Assembly (NCBI GenBank): GCA_024679065.1
Contig: JAGIQG010000003.1
Coordinates: forward strand, 85,250,001 to 85,314,000
Direction: 5' to 3'
Source of the DNA: Sphyrna mokarran
Lineage: Eukaryota
DNA: 64,000 nt
Shown here: piece by piece, positions 1 to 13,569 of the stretch
Layout: each line of letters starts with the position of its first letter
Numbering within the stretch: the first letter of the stretch is position 1
The notes under the pieces: generated by a model
What the model saw: the letters and a program-made list of their open reading frames with translations, nothing else
Told to the model about the DNA's origin: nothing
Databases searched by the model: none
Position numbers and translations under genes: made by a program

Positions 1-420
1 GACGGGTCAAAGGCTGGTAAGTGGATGGCATTTCTGATGCCGCAATCTCAGGTGAGCCAAGTTCATGTATTCGGGCTTTCTAGGTCACTGCCAGATGCGG
101 TATTCCTTCAGAGGTCTGAGGATCTTTCGACCTGCAAGGAGATTTAAAAGAGCAGTATTAGTGATTTTTAAACAGCAAGAATTGATTTTTAGAAGTGTGG
201 GGCAATTGTAGAAGGGGGAGATGTTGTGAGGAGAGAATGTTTGTGGCCTGCAGAGGGTCGATTGCTCCAGGTCAGAGGGACAGGGGGTGCTGGTGGATTA
301 AAGACCTTGGCATTTTATAAATGTCAGGCACAGACAAATAAGTGATGCTTTGATCACTTGTAGTTAAGGTTGTTGGTAAGAGAATAATGCATCATTGTGT
401 TCATCAAGGCCTTGTTAACA
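1..420 (-). mobile_element. Decayed L2-like LINE fragment
   Basis: Purine-rich plus strand resembles the antisense of L2 ORF2/3' ends seen elsewhere in the window; no ORF. Confidence 0.4.
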
Positions 421-1344
421 CCATTAATGGAGAAGTTATGTACCATGGTGCTCATTAAGGCCTATAATGAAGCTATAATACATCACTGTGTTTATTACAG
501 TGAAATCCCACATCATTAATAAAGACATCTTGTGCTACAAAAGATAATTTATTTCGAATATTCCCAAGCTCATGAAGTCCCAAATATTTTACAGCCATTT
601 TTGTATTTTTGAAGTATAATTCCAGGGGAACATAGGAAGACAGAATAGAAGTGGGCCCTTCAGTTCCTCAAGTGTGTTACACCATTCAAATATATCATGA
701 CTACCTATATCTTAACTCAATTTATCCACCATGGCTTCATATTCACCAATGCCTTTGCAAGTAAAAATCTACCAATCTCAGATTTAATATTACTCACTGA
801 GACACTGAATAAATTAAAGACTGAGACAGGTTGCTTCTTGAATCATAAGGGAATTGGGGTTATGGGAAACATGCAGGAAAGGGGAGTTGAGGCTATGGTT
901 TTATTGAAAGGCAGAGTAGCCTTGACAGGCTTTTTGGCCTATTCTCGCTCCTATTTTTTATGTTTTGCGCATCTGCTGCTTTTAGTGTGAGACAGCTCCA
1001 TAATCCTAACATCCTTTGTTTACAGAAGTACTTCTTAACTTCTATCTTGAACAGCCTGATTCTGATTTGAAAATCATACCCGCTTGTCCCAGACTGATCC
1101 ACCCCCTCATGGGGGGTTTGTGGGACAAGATGGAGAGTCAGTCATACTAGCACTGCCTAAGGCTGCACCCACTGAGGTTGCATGCCAGGTCAGAGCAGCT
1201 CTGCCTCTCATACTGAGACCTCTGGTTCAACTTAACAGTTTATGTGGACTAACCAACAGCACAGTGACACACGGTTTTTAATTTACTGATGTTGACATGA
1301 CCTTGATACATATAGCGGTGCATTACAATCTTATTAATGGACTA

Positions 1345-1600
1345 ACTCAGCCCAAAGTGTCAGCTGTATCTCACACTATCTCTCAAGTCAGAAAGTTGTG
1401 GGTTCAAATCAGCTCTGGAGATTTAACACAAAGATTGATGTTATCGCTCTGGCGTAATGCTGCATCATTAATGTTAAATGAAGGCCCCTTTCACCTTCTG
1501 TTTGACATGAAAGATCCTATTTTGAAGAAAAACACTGGGAATGTCCTGGCCAACTTTAGTAAAAATATTAAAATTGGTCATTTGCATACAGATCTTATCG
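1345..1600 (+). mobile_element. SacSINE1-like DeuSINE (partial)
   Basis: ctcaagtcagaaagttgtgggttcaaatc tRNA-like head, then gttaaatgaaggcccc...aaagatcct...tgtcctggccaa core shared with the 5415 copy. Confidence 0.6.
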
Positions 1601-1634
1601 GAGGTGCCTATTTACAAACTGGTTCTTTGTGTAT

Positions 1635-1870
1635 TAAACAACTATACAAAATCCTGGTTAGACCACACCCAGTCCTACCGTCAACAGTTCTGGCCACTGT
1701 TCCCAAGAAACAATAAATTGGTCTCGCAAATATAATGCAGCTCAAAGATTGTGCCTGGAACTCCAAAGATTAAATTCTGAGGAGAGATTATATAAACTAG
1801 GCCTGTATTCCCTGGAATATAGAAGATTAGAGGGAGATTTGATGGAAGGTTTTAGGATTTTGGTAAGAAT
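1635..1870 (+). mobile_element. CR1 ORF2 C-terminal fragment
   Basis: Translates to degenerate LYKILVRPH...ERLYKLGLYSLEYRRLEGDL, the CR1 C-terminal motif. Confidence 0.7.
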
Positions 1871-2519
1871 TATATTGGCATTGGTTGCTTTCAGTGGGTG
1901 AGTGACAACACTTTCCATCTTGGGACTCCTCTTTCCTCAAAAATAGAAAAGCTTTGAATCTGACAGGAAAATAACAGAAGATTGCAGCTATTTTGAGCAA
2001 CACAGGGAAAAAGACAACTTAAATTCATGTGACCTTTGCCTCTAAGCCTACAGTTTGACATCATTCTTCCCCATGTCAGAAGGACCTTCTGTAAATAACT
2101 TTTTTAAATCTCTCAAAATATCCAATACTTTATAAATTTGAGACCACAGGTCTTAAGAATCGTTTATTTTTGTGGGCGCAGAGTTGAAAACCCAGACTCA
2201 GAAATGTTTACAAAGAACGCAATCAAATATATTTACTCAGGCTTCACAACAGCAAATGATTAAAATGTGAAACAAAGCCAGAACTATAAACGTGGCTGCT
2301 GAGGAATCCTGAACAAAGAAATATAAAAGTACGATCAATAACCGGAGTTATAACTGGAATGGGAATGTCTGAAAGAGACTAAAAATAATTTCCAAGTAGG
2401 AATGTATAGAAAGTGGAGCAATGTGGGGAGTGGGTGGTAGGGGGGAGCATTAACACAGACAGAGTAGGCAATCTCTCTCTAATAGCGCAGGCAATCTCAG
2501 ATTATCCTTAAAGATTTTC

Positions 2520-2880
2520 AAGATGAATGGATTACTTTTGTATTGGAATCGCTGCTTTTAATTTGCGAGACAGCAGCTAAAATGTACACTGCGAGCAAAC
2601 TGCAAGGCAATAACAGTCAGATAATCTGGGTTAGAGACAATGGCCAAGGGATAATTGTTGCCCAGAATTTCTCTGATTGAAAGGTGCCATAGGATTGTTC
2701 TCTTACAGCTGAAGGGGCAGAAGGAACATCAAACACTCTTGTCTCTGTCAGTACAGTATTCTCTTAGCATCACACTGGAGTGTCAGCCTGGATTATGTGC
2801 TGAAGTCTCTGGAGCAGGACTTGAATTTTGCTCTCCAATTGGAAAGGTGACAGGGTTCACACTGAGTCACGGCTGACTCC
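2520..2880 (-). mobile_element. SacSINE1-like DeuSINE
   Basis: Reverse complement contains ttcaagtcctgctccagagacttcagcacataatccaggctgacactccagtg and cagattatctgactg. Confidence 0.65.
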
Positions 2881-4439
2881 TGGGGAACCCTTCTCTACTG
2901 TTCAGCTCAAAGTGCAAGAGGCAATCTGAGAAAAGATATAAATGCACAGATTCAAAGTGACAAGAATGAATTAAATCGCAGGTTACAACTGGATATGTAT
3001 GTTCTTTCATAACTGATAACATTTACTGTCACTTTCATTGCTAAATATGAGTGAATTAGCCTGAAAGTAGACTAATTTCCTGTCTGAACAACTAATTTTG
3101 CATGCATCAATAACCCATCGCCATTAATCTGTTATATACAAGCACTGCCTGTCACAACAAGCCTTGCTTAATAATCATGGGGATTACACTTGCTACGATG
3201 TTCATAGTACAAACCGTTGCTAAATAGGACACAATCCACTCTTGTCTTGAGTCTTCTGCTTTACTACTGTGTACAAATGTGAGGAATGAAAGGAATCAAA
3301 AAGACTGAAAGAAGTTCAAATGTTGGCAGATATTGCAGCAAATGACCTCCTTGTTGTGGTTTCTAAACAAGGTCAGCATTTATTGCCTATCCCTAAATGC
3401 CCTTAAGAAGATGGTGGTGAGTTACCATCATGAACCGCTGCAGTGCCTAAGGCAAGATACACTCAAGATGTTGTTTTGGGCTGCTTTGTCCTGATTGCTT
3501 AGCACCTCAGTACTAGTGTCAATCTTTTCTGATCCACAAACTGCATTCATTTTGCAAATTCACTGAAACCCTGACAATATCCTTTCCATTTCCTCCTCTT
3601 ACAATTTTCAGTAATTACAATCCAATCTCCAAAGGGATTAGTTCCTCTGTTCTGAAGGTCTATTTACCCGATGGCATTTTCAAAGCAATCTCCTTAGTAA
3701 CTACAATCTTGGCCTTGTGTTGGAGACATTAGATTGGGTTTGTGGCTTCCCTGACCCCACTCCTGAAAATCAGGAACTCAACAGAGGTGACCCCAAAATA
3801 CCAATGCTAGTTGATGTGCCAGTTTCACAATGCCATTTGCAAGACTGACAAAGTTCATCAGGGTGGGGCAAGAGGAACAGTGCAATCCCATTTACCTCTT
3901 CATTGGGGATAATTATAACATTAATGAAAGCCACTAAGCTTCTTAGAAGGTGGGATTTTGAAAGGGGCATGCAGGTTTCAGGAGTTCACCATTTCTGATC
4001 TGCTGAATGGGATACAGAATGGGGAGCCAATCGTGAGTACCACAGGTCATCATCCCAGCCCCCATAAGAGGATCAGCAGGACAAAAGGGACTTGGCATTT
4101 GGTAAGGATGTGTTCTTGGCATTATGCAAATGGCAGGGAGAGGGGGTTCTCCATGCTCAAGCCTTGAGCAGAACCAATGTCAGCTCATCCCTGGTATGTC
4201 CAACACTGGCATCTCTACATCATCATAAGATGAAGCAGCCAATTACAATAGGGCAAGCACCTATCCAAAATGGGCAGGCCCTGGGGCACAACAGTTAGTT
4301 TTTAGGTCCCCTGACGATCAGGGCTCCGTAAAAAGAGCAGTATCCCAAGGAATAGGAGGTCACAGGAGTGGGAAAAGGAGAAGGAAGAAAAGAGAGACCA
4401 AATGCTCAACACAACATCAACATGGAGGTGACCGAGACC

Positions 4440-4870
4440 CATTGCCATGGAAAAATGACTCTCCTGACAGATAGTCACAGATGAGTATCATCTCGTCACC
4501 AGGGACCTTCCTAGTCACCATGCCAAAGTCACTCTGGCATCATATGTCTTTGGCTTCTGGTTCCTTTCAAGGATAGCTGGGGACACATGTCCATAAATGA
4601 CTGCACATCACTGCATCTCATTGGTCACTGATGCCCTCTTTCCCAGAGCAAGAGAGGACAGTGCATTCATTTCAGTACAGAACAGACTGGCAATGGTATT
4701 GGGCAGTGGGTTTCTCTGCCACTGAAGAATTTCCCCAGGTGCAGGACATCATCAATTGCTCCCATGTGGTCATCAAGGCACTAAGTAATTGACTACAGAG
4801 ATCCATCAACAGGAGGGCCTTCCATTTCCTCAAAGTCCAATTGGTCTGTAGCCAAACCAGGAGATTCCTC
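4440..4870 (+). pseudogene. PIF/Harbinger (HARBI1-like) DDE transposase fossil
   Basis: Frameshifted translation gives ASGSFQG-AGD, HCISLVTDALF, FPQVQDIINCSHVVIKAL and INRRAFHFLKVQLVC, matching Harbinger FPxVxGxIDCTH and NRKGFHSxNVQxVC motifs. Confidence 0.8.
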
Positions 4871-5414
4871 CAGGTGTGAGCTCATTTTCCTGACTGCGCT
4901 TTGAATCCATTGGAAAGGTGTAGGAGGACGGTCCACAAGCCCCTCTATAATGTTGTCTATTGGCATCCTGCAGACTATTCGACCTGACTTGAGCAACAGT
5001 GTTCAGCGATTGAGGCAAGGATGCAGTTTTCTGCTGGTTTTACCTCCCTGGTGGGTGCCTTGTGTCAAACAGCCTCCTCTTTCAATGCATAGTTTAATGT
5101 CAGGATATCCTAACTGAAGATTGAAGGGCATCATGTTTTACAAAAGATTAGTATAAAGCAGTGTGATTAGAAAGGCAAGAGAGATTGACCACAAAGTGGA
5201 GCTAGAGGCTGATCAAACTGGACTCCCAAGTGAAGGCTTACAAGGCTGCTCCATCTGCCTAAGATAAATGAATATCAGGTCCGTTGACTTGCTTCTGAAA
5301 CACTCAGTTTAGTTTACAGATATATTAGCACAAGAGTATTAAATGCCAGAGCTTAGCCAATCTTTATGTACAAAGAAACTCTCTCACTGTTCAGATTAAT
5401 CATGAATGATCTCA

Positions 5415-5870
5415 CCAGCTATATTTCAGTTGATAGCACTGTTGTCTCTAATTTAGGAGGTAGTGGATTCAAGTCTTGTTCTAGGGTTTAATCCGGACTG
5501 AGAGTGTTCCTCAACTGGTGTCTCAGTGCATTGTGAAGGAATGTTGCATTGTCAGAAGTGCTGATTTTCAAATGTGACATTAAAATAAGCTCTCTTCTGC
5601 CTCTCAGATGGATAGAAAGGATCCCATGGTAATGCTGTGAAGCATAGCAGCAGAGCTTCCCCAGTGTCCTATGCAACATTTAAATAAGCCAACATCACTT
5701 GACAAAAAAATGTTATGGTCACATTTCTGTTTGAGGGAGCTTGCTGTGCACAAATTGGATACCGTGTTTCCTACATTACAACAACGAGCATATTCAGAAG
5801 TTACTAGAGCACTTTGGAATGTCTTGATGGTAAGAAAGAAAGGTGATATATCGATGCAAACTTTCCTTTT
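5415..5870 (+). mobile_element. SacSINE1-like DeuSINE, near full length
   Basis: tRNA-like head (gatagcactgttgtc...ggattcaagtc), Deu-like core (ctgcctctcagatggatagaaaggatcccatgg) and L2-type tail (gagcttgctgtgcacaaattgg...tttcctacattacaaca). Confidence 0.75.
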
Positions 5871-6776
5871 GTCAACTTTACTCATGATTCTCATGGGATC
5901 TAACCAACATCACGAGCATCATCAACAAAATTCAGGAGGAAGAAAGTGTTGAAATATATTCTGCAGAAAGTACAGTTATGATCTTGAGCAAGATCATTAA
6001 CCTTTAAAAAGAAATTCAAACTCCTCGCCTTACACCTCAAGATTATACATTATGAACAAAAACTTTTGCCGTACAAGAATTAAACAAAGCAAATCCTACT
6101 AACTTTAACACTGTATTTTGTAACACTTGCTATTTAAATTTGAAAATGTCAATGGACCACTCCCTGTTTTATTCCTACACCCCATAAGGGTTCTCTTACA
6201 CTTCCTAGGAACTTGAAGATTATTTCATTCTCCTGGGATTAACCACAACTCTCAGGAATTCATTTTTACTCTCCACAGTTATCCAGACTGGTATTTAGGT
6301 TCCTTCAAGGATTCCACTACAATCTCTTCTACTGGCCTTACCAGGCAGGTCTGACAATTCTAATTCCTCATTAATTTGGACATTTCATTCCATACCTGAC
6401 TAGTGACTTGAGATCAGGAACATCCTGGTTCCTAATTGTTTCCATGCTTCTTGTTCTGGCTGCTAAGCAGATAGACCATAGCATTTTCATAATCTTCTAA
6501 GCTGATGGTTATGTGAGAAAACATACAAATAAACCGAAAGCAAAATACTGATTCCCCGCCATCTATCCCCTGGACAATGTGGGACACATGAGATGATCCT
6601 CACTGAATTTTCAATTAAATAACTTCAATTCCCAAACATGCCCTTTGATCTGAAAAATATATAAGGACTTTAAGACCGTCCCTTGTTTATCAGTTACTTT
6701 TCAACCTTACTTTCATTTGAGGAATTATATGAATTCACATTTTTAAAGAAAACAGACAATTCTTCTCAGACTTACA

Positions 6777-6907
6777 GGGCAGGATTCTCCAGCCACACTC
6801 GCTTGAAAACCAAAGATTCCCATCTGACTTCAATGGACTTTACATGGTCTGCCCCCCTGCAACCCTTTAGAACTCCAGTGGCAGGTAAGATGGGACAATT
6901 TCAGCCA
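6777..6907. mobile_element. Short MITE (Harbinger-like)
   Basis: Imperfect terminal inverted repeats gggcaggattctcc / ggacaatttcagcc; internal sequence resembles 24281-24410. Confidence 0.5.
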
Positions 6908-8404
6908 CAGTCTTTAGTTCCCAGCTAAATGGGCCCACCTACTGTTTTACGACTCTCATCATTGTAAAACATATATTGTAAAGACTTTTGTTGTGTAATT
7001 GGGTGGCCCAGTAACTTCTGAATTCCTGAGTTTCAATTACCATCACATTTACAATTTTAACTTGCTCAAAACTAAAAGTTATATGAGTTATGAATCATGG
7101 TATGGGATGTTTGGACTTTCCCAAAAAGGGGCAAGAAATACAGTACACCACAGGGTGAGATAATTTCCATCAAGTTATTTTCTGACTGTGTGTAGATGGT
7201 AGGTAACAATAGACATTGGATCTGAACAGCAGCAGAAGCAGCAGCAATGTCCAATGAGAAACAACAGCTTAGGATTGATGACACAGGGCAACAGATTGGT
7301 GATTGGTCAGTGATTATTCCCATTGCCTTCAGTGATCTAAATGACTGCAGTGAGTGGTTTTTAAATTTGATAAGTTTGGCCTCCAAAGATAAATCAAACA
7401 ACCAAAGTTTGATTCACAAAGTTGTCTGAAATGAAACCAGGATCTTGCCAATGTCACTCATCGGGCAGATGAAAGTTGTCATCATGTTAACTGACTCGAC
7501 AACCTAAATACCATCTTGCCTTACATGATGATTCTTTATTCATACTTGTCCTGCTCAGAGAATGATAATTTTAAGGTTTCAATTGATACGTGTGGATTCA
7601 TACTATGTTGGGCTTTGTTGGAAGGCTCGGAACCTTCTTAACTGACATATGATCTACTTATTTCATATTCCTATCTTTCACTTCTGGCGCTGTCATGCAG
7701 CATGCAACATGAAGCGCTTTGGGCTGCTTTTGGCCCCATTAAAAGTGCAATATAAATGGAAATTATTCTCCTCACATTTGAAGAAAACTTAGACCACATT
7801 CCCCCCTCCATCTCACTTATTTTACTGAAAACAAGTTGATTCTTTTGGGATGCTGAGGTGAAACAGGCTTGTACAGCAATGACACAGATCCCGGGAGAGC
7901 GAATCTGACTGCAGGAAAATCTCTCCGTAAATAAACAATGCAAACAGCAGCAGTAAACAGTGACCACAGAATGGGAACAGCTGGCTGAAAATAAAGGATC
8001 TTTGCACATCTTCAGAAGCATTGAGTCATCCATTTAGCCATTAGGTGGATTAATGTATTTGTGGACAAATACTGGCTTCATAACCTGAACAACATTACTG
8101 ACTTAAAGTGGAAACATTGCATAGATGTACAACTCTGACATCTTATAAATTTTGACCTGAACCCTATGCTAATTCTGCAGGAGAGGCAAATTACCAGGCT
8201 TTCTGTGATTTTATATTTATGGTTATCATGATCTAGATCAGCTGAGGGATATTACCATAATCCATCATATCCAGTTTAAAAAATGCGCATCATCCGTAAA
8301 GTCAAAAGTAATAAAAACAGTTGAATAAAATCAATCATTTCAGTTATGGTTCCAAAGATGGGTATAACCAAAAAAATACTTCTGGAAATTCAACCACTTT
8401 TGCA

Positions 8405-8632
8405 AAAGGCAAAGTCACCATAGTCCCAGATGACCAAAGGCTCCTCACTCCTTTGAGTGGAGGGAAGCTGACTGGTGGTGATATAACCTGAGGATCACCA
8501 CACCTCAGGTGAGCAGCAAGGTTGAGAAGACAGGTTTTCATGGATAACCTCAGCTGGCATGAGAATTGAATCCATGTTATTGATATCACTCTGCATCACA
8601 AACCCGCTGTCTAGCCAACAGAACTAATCCCA
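8405..8632 (-). mobile_element. tRNA-derived SINE
   Basis: Reverse complement starts ggattagttctgttggctagacag...ggattcaattc (A/B boxes); a similar head occurs at 17200-17285. Confidence 0.6.
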
Positions 8633-9072
8633 CCCCAAACTCCTGTAATGTAGCTTTGGCAATTGATTTTTACACAGGAAGCTCCCACAAACAGTAACGT
8701 GATCATAAATGGATCATCTGTTTTAATAATGGCCAAGGGATGAATGTTGAGCAAGATGTTGGGTGAACTCCACTGTCTACTTCAAGATAACTTCATGGGG
8801 TCTTGTACTTCAGCTGAGAGGTCAAACAGGATATAACATCACATTGGCCTAGATCTTCTAGTCAGTGGCAATGCTGGATACACTGACCCTACCTGCAAAA
8901 TTTATACTGACTTGACATTTTTTCTGGGAATTTCCAATCCCAGTAGCTGCAGAAATGGGCAGTGTTGCATCTCCCAAGTAGGCCCAGTGAGCAGAGTGGA
9001 GTCGGGGAAAGGAGGGGACAATAGCTCTTATAATCAGGTAAGTTTTTAAAAATCCAATCTTTTCATGAATGT

Positions 9073-9315
9073 GCAGCACACTGGTTAGCATTGCTGCCTC
9101 ACAGCGCCATGGATCCATTCCAGCCTTGTGTCTGAATGGGTTTCCTTCCACAATCCAAAGATGTATGAGTTAGGTGGATTGGCCATGATAAATGCATAAG
9201 TTTACTGGGATGGTTGGGGGGGGGGCAGAATGTGCCTGGGTAAGATGCAGTTTTGGAGAATGTGTAAACTCATTGGGCTGAATGGTCTCCTTCTGCACAG
9301 TGGTAGGGATTCTGT
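9073..9315 (+). mobile_element. HE1-type V-SINE (internally deleted)
   Basis: tggttagcattgctgcctcacagcgcca head, ccacaatccaaagatg...ttaggtggattggccatg, HER1-like tail. Confidence 0.75.
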
Positions 9316-9469
9316 GCATGAGTATGAGTTAATGGATGAATGAATGACTAGGTGAGTGGATAAGGTGGGTAGGTGGATTGGGGTATGAGATAGTCAGGGG
9401 AGGGAAATAGATATAATTAACAAGCTCAAAAGGTGAGAAAAACAAAGAAAATGGGAGCAAATAGTGATT

Positions 9470-9900
9470 AACCCCAGGTTAATCCTTGAGATGGCAGGAT
9501 TGTGAAATGAGGGAGAGATCGGGCAAACTGGACCAATATTCTCTCGAGCTTCAAAGACTGAGAAGTGATGTCATTGAAACTTATAAAATTTTTACAGGGC
9601 ATGACAGGATAGATGTAGAAAGGATGTTTCCTTTGGCTGGGGCACTAGGGACCAGGGGACCCAGTCTCAGAATAAGGGGCAGGCCATTTACAACAGAGCT
9701 GAGGAAGAATTTCTTCAGTCAGAGAGTGGTGAGTTTTTAGAATTCTTTACCCCAGACAGCTGTGAAAAATTACAGGTTCAAGACAAGAATTGTTAGATTT
9801 CTGGTGACAATAATAACATCAAAAGATCGGAGGATAATGCAGGAAAGAGGCATTGAGGTTGATGATCAGCCATGGTCCAATTGAACAATTAAGCAGACCC
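9470..9900 (+). mobile_element. CR1 3' fragment
   Basis: ORF 9486-9740: YSLELQRLRSDVIETYKI...TRGPSLRIRG...RKNFFSQRVV. Confidence 0.85.
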
Positions 9901-11654
9901 ACTCACACTGCTACGTTACAGAGCTGATGGATTTGTGTCTGGGAGAATATGCTAAAGGGGAGACTTTAAAATAAAACATTAGATGCAGTCGGTCAGCGAG
10001 TTCTGAATAAAAGGTGATAAGTAGAATGAAGGAGTGGATTAAGTGAGTATAAAGGCCAGTTTGTCTGTGCTTCTTGATACATACATTTTCCATGCCAGCT
10101 TAAGCATGCATCCTCCTAGGCAAGGTAAAAAATAAGCCAATTTTGAGGGGAAGAAATGTTGGGGGATTCCTTTTTGACCCCATTCGTCCAGCAGATCATT
10201 CTGAGTCTGGTTAATAGAGTTTCACTGACTGCCTACCCATTCAGCTAATGGAAAGAGAAATGTACAGTGTTTCAACAATTCTCACTTTCACTCTCTTCTC
10301 TATTCACATTGCGATTTGATTATTCTACCTCAAGAACCTTGGCCTCAATATTTAGCAGGCACAGACCTGGAGGGATAATATAGAAGCAGACAGTTCACCC
10401 GGCTCTTTGACACAGTTATCCAATTAGTCCCACCTTACTCTTTACCTAAAATCCTATAGTTTTTAATCTTTCAATTATTTATCCAATTCCTTTTGAAAGT
10501 AACAATTGAGGGAGTACATATACTTCTAATGTATGTTCAGTGTAGTGCACTGCAGATTGCAATAACTCGCTGTGCTGAATAATTTCCCCTCCTGTCACTC
10601 CTTTGCTCCTTTGTCAATCACCTTAAGTCTGTGTCGTCTGGTGGCCAACCCTCCTGTCACTGGAAATAGTTTGGCCTTTATCATTCTACCTAAGTGCTTC
10701 ACGATCTTGAACATCTTTATCAAATGTCATCTTAAGTCTTCTGCTTTAAGGAGAATAACTCCAGTGTCTCCAGTCTCTGCCTGATTTCTGGCAAAATTTC
10801 ATTGAATCTCCTCTTAACCATCTCCAAGGCTCTGACATCCAAGTTAAAGTGCAATGGCCAGAATCTCAGTAGCACAACTGGGACCTAATCGATGATTTAT
10901 TAATGCTCACCATAACTTCCCTGACTTTGTGTTTGATGCCTTTATTAAAAAAGCCTAAGGTTTCATATGTTTTTTTTAATAGGCTTCTGAGCTTGTCTTG
11001 TCACCTTCAAAGGTTTGTGTACATACACCCCCAGGCCTTCCTGTTCTTTTATAATTGTACTATATAGTTCATATTCATGTCCCATTTTCTTTCTACCAAA
11101 ACACTCTCTGTATTAAATTCCATTTGCAATATACCTGTCCACATTGCCACTCTGTATGTCCTCCAGAAGTTGATAGCTCACCTCCTCATTGTTTGCTATA
11201 CTTTTTGAGTTTTTGTGATCATCTGTAAAACTTAAAATGATGTGTGTGCATCCAAATTCATTAATATACATCAGAATGACTAATGGTCCTAAATCTTGTC
11301 CACCACCCTACAGTCTGAAAAACACTCATTCTCTACTACTTTCTGCTTTCTGTCCCTTGGCCAATTTTGTATCCATGATGTCCTTTAAAACTGCCCTGTC
11401 ACTTTAATGACTTTTACTTGCTGGTCTATCATGGGGCATTTTGTCAAGCACCTTTTGGAAGTCTATATGCACTTCAACAAAAAAACTCAACTAAGTTATC
11501 AAGCATGATTTGCCTTTACTAAATCTGTGCTGACTTTCAGTTATTAATGTTTCAAGTGCCAATTAATTTTTCCCTGGGCTATTGCGTCTAAATGTTCCTC
11601 CATCACTGACATTAGATTGAATGACTAACTCTCTCCATTTTGAAAAGAAGTGTA

Positions 11655-12043
11655 CCTTTTAGGGAAGGTTGAATAGGCACAATCCTGTTTACATGGAAGC
11701 TGTTACCTATAGGGACTCTGCTAAATCCTTGAAGGCAAGGGATTAGAATCCTGCCCTAGGGATTTCTGAGCATGGAAGAACTTTGTAGCTGAAATTGATA
11801 CTATATAATTAGTGTTAATCACCTAGAAACTCAGTGAGATTGTCCTTGTTGTATCAACTATTCCATGCATAATTCATAAATTGTACTGACTGTGATTTTC
11901 ATGTTAATTTAAATTGCTTTAATTTTGGCTCATGTTAAAGTAAAAGTTACAAGAAGTGAAACCATATTCATAGTTTTATCATCCGAGAGTCAATCAGTAA
12001 ATTTGCTTATTTTGGTTTATGGATTCCCATGGGAATAATGACA
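11655..12043 (+). mobile_element. Possible solo-LTR remnant inserted in CR1
   Basis: Interrupts CR1 homology, has a gttaaagtaaaag polyA-like signal and ends gggaataatgaca (CA end); no TSD confirmed. Confidence 0.35.
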
Positions 12044-12816
12044 AATTCTGTTCCCCTTTTAAATCTTCTCTTCTATTTTCTATACTTAGCATGATATATA
12101 GAAGGCATTTCCCAGGGAGCTCTCGCTTTGGATACTCTTCATTTTCCCTCAAGGCAAAGCTTGAAATATTTCCACTTTGAAGGCCTCCCATTGTTCACAT
12201 ATTGTTTTGCTTACCAACTTTTTCTTACAATCCATCAGAGCCAGATCATTTGTTAAATGAAGTTATCCCTTCTCTATTTATATATATTTCATCCTTCATT
12301 ATTCCCTGTCCTTTTCCATAACTACTCTAAAACTATGTGATACTATGATCACTCTCGCTCAAGTATTTTCCACTTAATCGTACATTGCCTAACCCACTTC
12401 TTTCCTTCAGAATTAGATACAGCACTGCTTCCTTCCTCATTAATCAAGAAAATTATTACTCAGGTACCTATTTCAGGAATTCTTCTCCTTCCTTTCCCTT
12501 TATGCTGTCACTTTCCAAGTCTATAATAGGATAGATGTTCAATTATCACTCCTCTCATAGTTCTTGTATCTTTCTAAAGTTTGCTCCTCTATCTTTCTCA
12601 TTATCTGTGGTCTCTAATAAAGCATGATATCTCCATTTGTTTTGTTAACTTTCACTTAATAGAATCTGTCTCTGAACTATCAACTACATAATCTCCCTTG
12701 TGCTGTAATAGCTACTTTCATCAATGTTGAAATCCCTCTTTTTGTTTTCTTGTAGCCAGGAATGTTGAGTTCCCAATCTTGCCCCTTCTTTGAATCATTC
12801 CTGTTATTACTATAGT

Positions 12817-12902
12817 CATGATGTAGAAAGTCGAAAGCTCGCAGATTTATTATCAAATAAATCGGTTGGATTTAAAATTGGTGTTGCCAGATTCTTACTG
12901 AG
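12817..12902 (+). mobile_element. Penelope-like short insertion with 11-bp TSD
   Basis: attactatagt duplicated at 12806-12816 and 12903-12913; core caaataaatcggttgga...tggtgttg...ttcttactg shared with the 32526 copy. Confidence 0.7.
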
Positions 12903-13569
12903 ATTACTATAGTACCATGTGGTGAATTATAAACACCATTGAATGCGAATCTACACACATATACACCCATGTTGTCTCTCCTCTGATCCCTTCTGATCCT
13001 GAACTATTCTTTAGGTAAGTCCTATTTCTTTTTCCAAATCCTGTGTGCACACTGCAACTTCTAGATGGTCCACTATGGTATCCATTCCAACACTAAATTA
13101 GTTTAAACTCTTCCCCACTTCACTTTCCTGATTCCAGTTCTGTTCAGGTACAATCCCTCCACCTTGAACTGGTCTCAATACTCCAGAAATCTGAAGCCCT
13201 CTCTCCTGCACTTTATCGATCTTATCCTACCATTTTGTACTTCCTAGCGCATGACACAGCTAGTAATCTGAATGTTGCTTCCTTTTGAAATTTGGCTCCT
13301 GAACTCCTGAAACTCTGGCTGTGGGATATCAACACCTAGTTACTTTAACATGAGCCAGAATTAAAACAATTTAGATTTAAATTAACAAGAAAATCATAGT
13401 CAGTACAATTTATGAATTACACACGGAATAGTTGATACATCAGAGACAAACCTTCTGAAGCTATTGGGTTCCCATTTCATCTTTGACTTCTGGCTGTTTC
13501 CCTTCTCCTACTCTTACAGTCTTCTGCATCCTCTCAGTGTTTAAAAGTTTTGAAGTTAATTTATCAATG

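Larger units (their letters stand above)
10380..13330 (-). mobile_element. Long, heavily decayed CR1 LINE with nested insertions
   Basis: Antisense CR1 landmarks in order: 3' tail (~10400), RT motifs (atcatctgtaaaac = FxDD; catgatttgcctttac = KGKSC), endonuclease region (~12500) and ORF1/ORF2 junction (ttagtttaaac, ~13100). Confidence 0.7.
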
